Assembly (NCBI RefSeq): GCF_037042905.1
Contig: NC_087251.1
Span: 8,496,001-8,560,000 of the forward strand
DNA: 64,000 nt
Reading direction: 5' to 3'
Origin: Lytechinus pictus
Taxonomy: Eukaryota
Translations under genes and position numbers: made by a program
In this document: piece by piece, positions 54,749 to 64,000 of the stretch
Layout of the letters: every line of letters begins with the position of its first letter
How positions within the stretch are numbered: the stretch's first letter is position 1
The notes under the pieces: model-generated
The model's input: only the letters and a program-made list of their open reading frames with translations
The model's database searches: none
Told to the model about the DNA's origin: nothing

Positions 54749-54968
54749 TAGTCCAGATTGGACCTTGTTGTTTGGAAGTGCTTTTTCCCAAAGCTAACAT
54801 AGAGGGCACATGTCTCCCAATCTCTAATCAGCGCCAATCCACTCATTTTCCCTCTTGTTGGGGAGGGAAGATAAGTGGATTGGCGCTGATTAGAGATTGG
54901 GAGACATGTGCCCTCTATGTTAGCTTTGGGAAAAAGCACTTCCAAACAACAAGGTCCAATCTGGACTA
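54749..54968. mobile_element. 220-bp fold-back MITE with 9-bp TSD (Mutator-like)
   Basis: ~95-bp perfect inverted arms; ATGGCAATG at 54740-54748 and 54969-54977. Confidence 0.88.
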
Positions 54969-55496
54969 ATGGCAATGGGGCACTTCCATTGACGGTTGGA
55001 TACCATATGCCCGACCATGGGGTCTCGAAAAGCACCCTAAACAAGTATTTTCCATATTCTGAAAATGAACCCCTTATCAAGTAAATTGGCGTATGAAACC
55101 CTACCGTTAACAAGTATTGGAAACAAAACGATACTCGATCTTCATTCTTGGCAAAACGTATTCCCTGAATTTGAACCCCTAATGCCCTATGCTATGTCAC
55201 CGACGTCATGGGCGTCGATCGTTCGTCGGTTTTGGTTTTACCATCATACAGCCGATACAGCCCCACGTACCTCCTCCCGCGCCGGGCGGGCCCACACCTC
55301 GCGCAAATCGTACCGGTACTCCAAACACGTAATGTTGACTAGTGTTGGGGCAAAATTAGTACATCAAAACATTTTAGTCTCTTTTTATATACACTGTAAA
55401 AAAAATTCTGAATCAGTAGTTAACACAATAATGTATTTAAGTAGAATTTACAATTTGTATTTTTTTTTCGTTTTTTCAAGTAGTAGTTTACTTTAT

Positions 55497-58400
55497 CAAG
55501 ATTTTGAAAACATATTTGCTGTAAAAGGCCTTCACTTTGTACATCTAAATGTTAGATCTATTCTACCAAAAATTTCAGAACTTCGAATTATTTTTAAGGG
55601 AAAGAATCTTGCAGTCATTGCTTTCACAGAAACATGGCTAAATAACTCGGTGAACGATGAAGAAATCAATATAGATGGATACAAAGTAATACGCAATGAT
55701 AGATTATCAGGCTCTGGGGGTGGTGTATGTTTTTATGTCCGAAATGATATTGCATTCAATATCATAGATGTTTTAAGTACAGGTGATTCTGAATCACTGT
55801 GGATTAATTTGCTTCTACCAAGATCAAAATTATTGCTGGCGTCATTTATAGGCCTCCGAAAAGCAATCAATTTATTGAGAAGATGTCAAATATTCTCGAT
55901 ATATTAAAGAAAGATGATGAAATTATACTTTTAGGCGATATGAATGTTTGTCTTTTTCAGAAATCTCCACTGGCTAAAAAATATACTGACTTATTGAGTC
56001 TTCATGGATTTAGCCAACTCATCAAAGATGCAACCCGTGTCACTCACACATGTTCTTCTTTATTGGACCATGTGATTTGTAATAACGAACAAAAAATAAG
56101 TCAAAGTGGTGTTATTGATCTTGGTATAAGTGACCATTCTTTTACTTTCTGTACACGAAAGAAAATTAGGCTGGCTATAGGTGTTCACAGAACCACTGAT
56201 ATCAGATCGTTGAAAAAATATAGCGAAGAATCTTTCAATCTTAAACTGTCTGCCGTTGATTGGTCAGATTTAACCCAATGCACTGACGTAAATAAGGCTT
56301 GGTCAGTTTTTCAAAATACTTTTATTTCAACGTTGAATATGATAGCGCCTCAAAAACGGATTAGAATTAAACAGAGATCAGAAAACTGGATGACTAAAGA
56401 TATTATTTCTCTTATTCGAGAAAGAAATGTGGCGTATAAAAAAATGAAGAAAAATCTAAGCGATCACGATTATGACACGCTTTCCAAAAGATACAAGAAA
56501 TTAAGAAATATGGTTCAAAGAGAGGTGAAAAAGGCCAAATTAGAATACCTACAAAATAAAATAGAAGAAAATAAAAATGATTCTAAAAGACTTTGGCAGA
56601 ATCTAAAAAGTTTGGGATTAAAAAAGAAAAATGGAAAGGACCAAGAATTAGTCGTTTCAATTGACGGAGAATTATGTCATGATAAGATAACTATTTCCAA
56701 TAAATTCAATTCCTATTTTACAAATGTCGCAGCTACGTTGGTAGATAAACTTCCATCTTGCAAAGACATTTTCAGTGCAGACAGTGAAAACATTCGTAAA
56801 TTTTATGAAAAAAAAGGTATAAGCCAAGATAAATTTGAATTATTACCTGTTAGTGATCAATTCATTTTTAATGAGTTGCGTAAATTAAATGTATCAAAAA
56901 GCACTGGGTTAGATTTGATACCTGCTAAATTTCTAAAAGAAGGAGCAAAGAGTTTGTACAAACCATTAAATTTCTTAATAAATCTATCTATCTTTACTAG
57001 CACTTTCCCAGAGGATATGAAAATTGCAAAAGTAACTCCTATTCATAAGAAGAAAGATAAAACTGCTGTTGAAAACTATAGACCTATCAGTGTTTTAAGC
57101 ATAGTATCCAAAATTCTAGAAAAGGCGGTATGTGTTCAGATCGAAAAATATTTTAAAGAAAATGATATGATTTACGAATATCAGTCAGGTTTTCGACATG
57201 ACTATTCGACTGAGACATGCCTTATTCACTTGACTGATTATCTGAGAACAAATATGTCTAAGGGACAATTCGTTGGGATGGTACTCCTAGATCTTCAAAA
57301 AGCATTTGATACAGTTAATCACGGCATCTTATTGAAAAAATTACAAATAATGGGTTTTAACCAGGCTACTGTAGCATGGTTCAAATCCTACTTGTCGAAT
57401 CGACATCAAGTAGTGGCTATTCGCGATATTTGTTCCAAAATTATGCCTATAACGTGTGGAGTTCCACAGGGAAGTATTTTAGGCCCAATCCTATTTTCAA
57501 CTTATATCAATGACATGTCTATTTGTTTAAAAGCTGACTGTAAATTATTATTGTATGCAGATGATAGCGTACTACTTTGTTCAAATGCCAACCCAAAATT
57601 TGTTGAGGAAAAACTTAGCGAACAGCTGTCTACATGTGTCGATTGGATGACTGATAATAGATTATCGTTACACTTAGGCAAAACCGAAAGCATTCTGTTC
57701 TGTTCTAAAAGTAATCATAAAACTTCATTTGAATTTGAAGTATCATACAATAATAAGATAATTCATAGGAAAGAATCTGTAAAGTATTTAGGCATTGAGT
57801 TGACTAGCTCCCTTTCATTTTCATCTTTAGTAGAATCAATCGTAAAAAAGGCGAATGCCCGTTTGAAATTTTTGTACAGGTATCAAAGTTGTATGGATCA
57901 AAAAGCAAGGCGTATTCTCTGTTTTGCTCTTATTCAGAGTTTATTTGACTATGCCAACCCTGCTTGGTTTAGTGGCATAAGCGAACTCGATAAAAAGAAG
58001 TTGAAAATTATACAGAATAAAATGGTTAGATTCATTAGCTGTTCTGGTCCCAGAACCCATGTTGGCTACACCGAACTCTCTGGAGCAGGTTTTCTTGAAG
58101 TCAACAAAAGATCAAAACAGCTTATTTTGCACCACGTGCATAAAATCTATCACAATAGATCGAATCATTACATTGGATCAAACTTTAATCTAGTTACCGA
58201 AATACATAACTATAATACAAGAAACAGCCATTTCAATTTTTGCTTACCAGAAAGGATAGGTAGTATTGGTAACTCATTTTATTACAATGCTATAAAACAT
58301 TGGAATTCCCTTCCCAATGATATAAAGGAAATAGGAAACTTTTTGCATTTTAAGAGGAAATTGAAAGAATATCTTTCACTTGAGAGTCAAAAAGAAGATG

Positions 58401-58970
58401 CAAATGATATGTTGTACGGTTGATTTAGCCTGAATACTGACCTAGTTCTTTTCTCTTCTCTACTAGGTATTATTATGTATTTTACAGAGTTTGATTGAAG
58501 CTTCGATATGTCCTTTCTTCTATTCTTTCTATTTCTTTTATTTCTTCCTATTCTCCTCTTCTTGTTGTTATTGTCGTCACGTTTATGCTGTTGTTCTTCT
58601 CCTTATTTATTTCCCTTCGTTATCAGTTTCTTCCGTCTCCTTCTACTCCTCGTCCCCTCTCTTCTTCTGTTCCTTCTCTTCCTTCTCCTTCTTTTCTTCT
58701 TCTTCTTCGTTATATTCTTGTATATATCTTATTTATTGTCTATATATCTTATTTATTGGTAATAGTAAATTCTGATTTTTTTTCTTCATTTTTAATATGT
58801 AAATAGTATAATTTTAACATTTTATTATCTTAATTCTGTATATTGAGGACCCCACTGGAAATAAGCTTTCGAGCTTTCGTGGGTCATCCTGTGCAAGCCT
58901 GTTGTTTTAATGCTACTGTATATATGTTATGGTGACTTGCCAAATAAAATCAATCAATCAATCAATCAAT
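55497..58970 (+). mobile_element. 5'-truncated non-LTR retrotransposon (L2/Crack/CR1 group) ORF2 plus 3' UTR
   Basis: APE endonuclease motifs (HLNVRS, AFTETWL, RNDR..GGGVCFY, LLGDMN, SDH) and RT motifs (YRPISVL, DLQKAFD, GVPQGSILGP, YADD, YLG). 3' UTR ends in AATAAA (58943) + (AATC)n. 5' boundary approximate. Confidence 0.92.
55883..58423 (+). CDS. LINE ORF2 (C-terminal endonuclease + reverse transcriptase), separated from its N-terminal APE part by one frameshift near 55829
   Basis: 846-aa open frame with all RT motifs. Upstream, this frame reads IIAGVIYRPPK, which continues the APE domain begun in the other frame (…INLLLPRSK). Confidence 0.9.
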   Translation: MSNILDILKKDDEIILLGDMNVCLFQKSPLAKKYTDLLSLHGFSQLIKDATRVTHTCSSLLDHVICNNEQKISQSGVIDLGISDHSFTFCTRKKIRLAIGVHRTTDIRSLKKYSEESFNLKLSAVDWSDLTQCTDVNKAWSVFQNTFISTLNMIAPQKRIRIKQRSENWMTKDIISLIRERNVAYKKMKKNLSDHDYDTLSKRYKKLRNMVQREVKKAKLEYLQNKIEENKNDSKRLWQNLKSLGLKKKNGKDQELVVSIDGELCHDKITISNKFNSYFTNVAATLVDKLPSCKDIFSADSENIRKFYEKKGISQDKFELLPVSDQFIFNELRKLNVSKSTGLDLIPAKFLKEGAKSLYKPLNFLINLSIFTSTFPEDMKIAKVTPIHKKKDKTAVENYRPISVLSIVSKILEKAVCVQIEKYFKENDMIYEYQSGFRHDYSTETCLIHLTDYLRTNMSKGQFVGMVLLDLQKAFDTVNHGILLKKLQIMGFNQATVAWFKSYLSNRHQVVAIRDICSKIMPITCGVPQGSILGPILFSTYINDMSICLKADCKLLLYADDSVLLCSNANPKFVEEKLSEQLSTCVDWMTDNRLSLHLGKTESILFCSKSNHKTSFEFEVSYNNKIIHRKESVKYLGIELTSSLSFSSLVESIVKKANARLKFLYRYQSCMDQKARRILCFALIQSLFDYANPAWFSGISELDKKKLKIIQNKMVRFISCSGPRTHVGYTELSGAGFLEVNKRSKQLILHHVHKIYHNRSNHYIGSNFNLVTEIHNYNTRNSHFNFCLPERIGSIGNSFYYNAIKHWNSLPNDIKEIGNFLHFKRKLKEYLSLESQKEDANDMLYG

Positions 58971-61900
58971 TTTAACTTGTCTTTTAATTTACTTGATTTA
59001 ATTTATTTATTTGGGTTCAACATACATTTAAGAAAATTCACGTATTGCTAGCTTGCTTTGATTGAGTAAATCTAACTCAATTAGGCAAAGATGATTATTA
59101 CTTATTAAAATCATCTTGAATGTACTCAATTAACGCCTCATTTAAAGAATGCATGAATATTCATTAGAACAAGTGATTTTTTTATAACTATCATATCTTT
59201 TTGTGTTTGAAATTGTTTTGGATAAGGGTGTGCTAACTATTTTATTCTTTTGTTGAATCAAAGAAAGAGCAACATTAAATAGTCATTTAGCAGAAAATTT
59301 CAGATTCTTTTTAGGTTTTCGGAAAATGCTTATCTATTCTCATTGTTTTATTTGTAAGAATGAAACGATTGCGTATAAATGTCAGTATACCTATACATGT
59401 ACAGGTAAGTGACAATGCACAAAGTCTAATATTTGGATAAAAGATGTCCAAGATGAAAATGATGCCACCAAAAGTGGGACGATGGGGGATCGAGCGGACT
59501 TTGGAATCACGAAAGTCCACTCCCCCATTTGATTTTTTCAAATATTTTAGTGATTGTTTTACTTAATTGAATTAAGTTGTAACTTGAAATGGATGCAAAG
59601 AAAATAAGTAAATTTTACTTAAAACTGCCAAACTCATAAATACTTTAAAAAATCAAGGCAATTTTTTGCCACAATTATATTGAGTAATTTCAATTATTTT
59701 TTTTACAGTGTACACTCGCAAATTTGCAGAGCCTAGACACGTAGCTTTCCAAGCGCCAATAGATACCCTTTTTTCATTATTTTAGTGTTTTTGACACCCT
59801 TATTACGTTTTTTTTTTGTCGCGCATGGTATCCACTTAGTGGCGTACCATGGGTCATGGCACGGGTCACTTTAGTGGGGGCGCGAAGCGCGCTCAATTGC
59901 CAGGTATACTGACCTAATAGAGACATTTTAAAGGCCCTGTCACTTCGTTCCGTGCAAGCCTTGCTGGTGAGTTGCGGGCAGCTGAAAGTTTTTGATATTC
60001 AGACCTAATAAAGGATATCATAAGCAATTTTTTTTGTAACAATGATACGTACCTCTCTCAAAAAACAAACAATGCGAGCATGAAGCGTGAGCAATTTTTT
60101 TTTGTATATATTGACCCGAAACAGGGACATTTTAAGGACTTTTTAAGGAATTCATGAAGAGCATACATAAGTATCTCACCATAGTCATCTAATGCGAGCG
60201 TCATGAAAGCGCTTGCTGATTTTATTAGAATGACACCTAACCCATGAAACACCTTTTGTAGTCATTGTAATCATGAACAGGATACATATCTGACTAATCA
60301 AATATCAAATATTGTGAGCACGACCTGAACCTGAAGAGGGGCATTAATTCTAAGGCGTGTTTGTAAGAATTCACTAAGACCATTTCACTAACCAAATGAT
60401 GCGAGCGCGAAGAGCGAGCTGAATTTTTTTTATATGAAGAGCATACATCTCACCAGTCTTCTAATACGGACAGGAAATGTTTGATATTAAGACCATAAAA
60501 GGGGGGCAATTGTGAAATAGTCATGAAAAAAGCATATGTCACTACATAAAACAATAAAAAAGCGAAGTGCGAGGAAATATACTTGGACTTGAAAACGGGA
60601 TGTTTTATGTTTTGGTATATATGTATATACAGTGCGTCCCAGAAAAAACGAAACCGAGATTTATCGATGATTTGTCATAACTTAATCACATATACAATAG
60701 ACAAATGACCTATCGTTGTAAAGCTGAGAGTCTCTTCTTTTATTTGATATAACTCAAATTATTTTGTCATTCATGCATGAGTGAGTAAAAACAATTTGAA
60801 GAAAGGAAACCAAAAAGTCATTTGGCGGGCGGTATCAAATCAGCCCAATAGAAACGCACCTGATGAGAAAGGGTGCTGATATTAAAGACCATCATGTTAC
60901 CAACTAGTATGCCATTTTGAAATGTCTTAATGTCACACATTTTTTAAAGCCCCAGAAACTCCCAATATAATTAAGTTTTAGTCTTGAACCGGGCCTGGAA
61001 GTTTTACAACTCAGCTTCTTGTCTTCTTTTCCCAATCATTTCAACTTCTTCCGAGTTTTAACAATTTGTTATAATCTCTTCTTGTCCTAAACAAGTCGAC
61101 TTGCCGAATTCTCGTCATCTCTTCTTATCTCGTCAACTAGTTGGGTCTTACTTTTTATGGAACAATTGAGTTGATTTTTTTTCTCGCTATGTGCTCTCTT
61201 GTTGTCATGCATCAGGGAAAGAAGATATTTTTTAAATCGGGCAGCATAAATTAATGGAGAAGGGAAGAAGAAGAAGAAGAAGAAAATACATCGTTTCCTT
61301 GTAATTACCAAATTTAAAAAAATGGGAGGGGGTGGTCCTTAATTTGCTCACTTTGTGTCCCAATTTAGGAATACGCTGTATAGACAATCTGTTTTTTTAC
61401 TAATGCCTTAAGATTGAATCACCTGTTTTGAAAGAAATAGGACAGCGCTTTTCATTTCGCTATTCATATATTCATTACTTTAAAGAGATTCGCAAAAATC
61501 AAATCTTATGACCCTTCTTGCAATCAAAATATTTTTAATGAAATTTCTGCTATTTATATCTTAAATATTTTCAAATAATAGTGACTGCACTACGATTTTC
61601 TAGTTCAAATTTGAACTAAAAAATCAGCACTCGTATATTAGTGCAGTCACTATACAAGCACTGTAAGTGCTAAATTAGCACTTCATTTTTTACAGTGCAT
61701 GAAATACTTTTTTTAAATGGCATGACAAAGGTGATGTGTGTCGTACATTTACTTCTTTTTAGCCATCTCTATAATAAAAAAAAATGAATAAATAAAACAT
61801 AATTTTATCGGATTAATTTTTTCATTATTTACCGTGAAAGCAAATCATCGCTATTTGTAACAGGCCTTATCTCTTGATTAATAAAAATCAAACTAATTGA

Positions 61901-62659
61901 TCTCGGTCGTAAATTCAAAAGAATTAGTTTACTTGGAGACTTTTTTATGATTATGCACTTGCAGCTGCATCGATATTCTGTTTCGCGATTAATGGCAAGT
62001 ATTTTGGTTCCAGAATAAATCAAAAGCCTCGCAATTGTGTTGCATTTCTCCACCGAGAGCGTAAAATTTGATTTACTTACAGCTCAAATGATATACAAGT
62101 AGATTCGATTCCACTTCCTAATTAGCAATTGACATGCATTGCAATCGATTACAATTGTGTTTCTTGTAACACCCGTTCATCATCTACTCCTTGTACCCGT
62201 TTCTTTCTCTCCCCTTCACCTACCCCAGGTACGCTCTCTCTCCAGGACTCGGTAATATCAAATTTCATATGATCTTTTCCACACCTCCACAAACTATAAG
62301 CGGATGTGGATAAACTTCATTCATTTAGCACGGCTCGGGCAAACGGTGCCCCTCTTCTAACCCCCTCTCCCCCTCCTTTCTCACATTCTCTCTTTTCTTT
62401 TCTTTATTTCTACGGATTCTCTTGTTTATCTTTTCCATTCAACTCCTTGAGTCGCGGCTGTATGAGGCGCCGAATGTACCAATATTATATAGAACAATTA
62501 TTTGTTATATAATCATTATTTGTTAAATAATAACTATTATTTATATATAATTTACATTTTATTTGTAAATAACTACTATTATATAAAATATCATTTCTAA
62601 TTATTTATATATAATTCCAAGTAATACTTCATTATTTGTAAATAATAATAGTTCGACAT

Positions 62660-63330
62660 TCCATTATTTATAAATAATGATTATTTGTTTTTCATTATTT
62701 ATAAATAATGATTATTTGTTTTTCATTATTTATAAATAATGATTATTTGCTTTTCATTATTTATAAATAATGATTATTTGTTTTTCATTATTTATATATA
62801 ATGATTATTTGTTTTTCATTATTTACAAATAATGATTATTTGTTTTTCATTATTTATAAATAATGATTATTTGTTTTTCATTATTTATAAATAATGATTA
62901 TTTGTTTTTCATTATTTATAAATAATGATTATTTGTTTTTCATTATTTATAAATAATGATTATTTGTTTTTCATTATTTACAAATAATGATTATTTGTTT
63001 TTCATTATTTATAAATAATGATTATTTGTTTTTCATTATTTATAAATAATTTGTTGAGTTTTCCATTATTTATAAATAATGATTATTTGTTAAATAATGA
63101 AAACGTCTACTTCATTATTTATAAATAAGTTTTTCGAGTGCACCATTATTCTCATTATTTATAAATAATCATTATTTAATGTTCGAGTTTTCCATTATTT
63201 ATAAATAAAGATTATTTGTTAAATAATGCCATTATTTATTAAATAATGCCATTATTTATTAAATAATGCCATTATTTATTAAATAATGCCATTATTTATT
63301 AAATAATGCCATTATTTATTAAATAATGGA
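62660..63330. repeat. AT-rich minisatellite: 31-bp units then 20-bp units
   Basis: TTCATTATTTATAAATAATGATTATTTGTTT about 12 times; ATTATTTATTAAATAATGCC about 5 times. Confidence 0.95.
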
Positions 63331-64000
63331 AAACTCGCTATAACATGCAAATGTGGGACCGCCCATGATATGAATATTCATGATGCGATTTCCTTTTTCG
63401 TGATTTTTCTTCACAAATTTTTGTCCATTTCCTCTTCATAATGACATTTCTTGAAGCAATTTTCTAGGGATATGGTCTGATTGTAATATTCTTCATTTTC
63501 TATATAACTTCGTCTTCGTAGAAATATCAAAAAGTGTAATTTTATACGATTTTTCCTACAGTTCACAATCCCCATAGGCGCGCGTGTACGGTAGGGACAA
63601 CCGGTGAATCGACGGAGTGCTCTTCATCGAAATACTACGTTGGTTGGTCCCCGGAAGTGGCGGGCGGAATTTAGCCCGAATCCTCGATGGAAGTCGATCA
63701 AGTGCATATGAGCTGAGAGAGTGAAATATCAGTGTACTTGTACAGGCCCTTCTACTTTTTATAAATATTTCTTGTTGCTTTTTTGGTTAAGTTAATTTTT
63801 CCTGGTGTAGAGATAAGTTTCAGTTCTAATAATGCACTTCAAATACATTTTGGAGTGTCTGTTTGAGGCGTTTGGGGCGATTTCACCCTGGCCCCAAAAT
63901 GCTCGCAACAACAATACGGGGGCATGATGACCCCTAATTTTTTAAAAACTTATTTTTCTATTGAAAATTATCACAAAATTCACCAAAAGTGTGCACGAAA

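Larger units (their letters stand above)
55392..59710. mobile_element. CACTG-terminated (CACTA/EnSpm-like) MITE that hosts the LINE
   Basis: TA-CACTGTAAAAAAAA ... TTTTTTTTACAGTG-TA. Confidence 0.75.

Noticed and set aside
55065..55496. N-terminal half of the 280-aa ORF as LINE ORF1 or a novel fusion
   Set aside because: It reads through two unrelated non-coding DNA elements by chance; only the part after ~55500 is endonuclease.
58491..58806. Overlapping hydrophobic ORFs
   Set aside because: Low-complexity pyrimidine-rich LINE 3' UTR.
62660..63060. CRISPR-like regularly spaced palindromic repeats
   Set aside because: No unique spacers, no cas genes, eukaryotic context; it is a simple minisatellite.
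63570..63730. CpG-rich patch with ETS (CCGGAAGT 63651) and GC-box motifs as a promoter
   Set aside because: No linked exon is visible and it may be transposon-internal; too little evidence at the window edge.

Overview
AT-rich, intron-containing eukaryotic (metazoan) DNA. The protein and repeat content suggests an invertebrate deuterostome such as a sea urchin, but this is inference. Three spliced host genes can be rebuilt by hand. (1) PPP2R3C, the PP2A B'' gamma regulatory subunit (+, 11 coding exons 7949-19299; first exon unresolved). (2) A GPx1/2-like SELENOPROTEIN glutathione peroxidase (+, 3 exons 25185-29743) that the ORF track misses because of its in-frame TGA (Sec) at 25344. It has a type II SECIS about 1.1 kb into the 3' UTR and a GC-rich hairpin just 3' of the UGA. 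(3) ADCK1, an ABC1/UbiB atypical kinase (-, 9 coding exons 45734-37355). The rest is dense with mobile DNA: a near-intact IR/DR Tc1 (one nonsense codon), a 5'-truncated L2/CR1-group LINE nested three levels deep, an internally deleted LTR element, tRNA-derived SINEs, Helentron/DINE-like minisatellite-bearing elements rich in AGGTCA DR1 motifs, and TTAA, hAT, Harbinger and fold-back MITEs. The most notable observations are the Sec-recoding signals of the GPx gene and a locally templated inverted duplication that brackets GPx exons 2-3 plus the SECIS. Coordinates were counted by eye; repeat boundaries may be off by a few bases.
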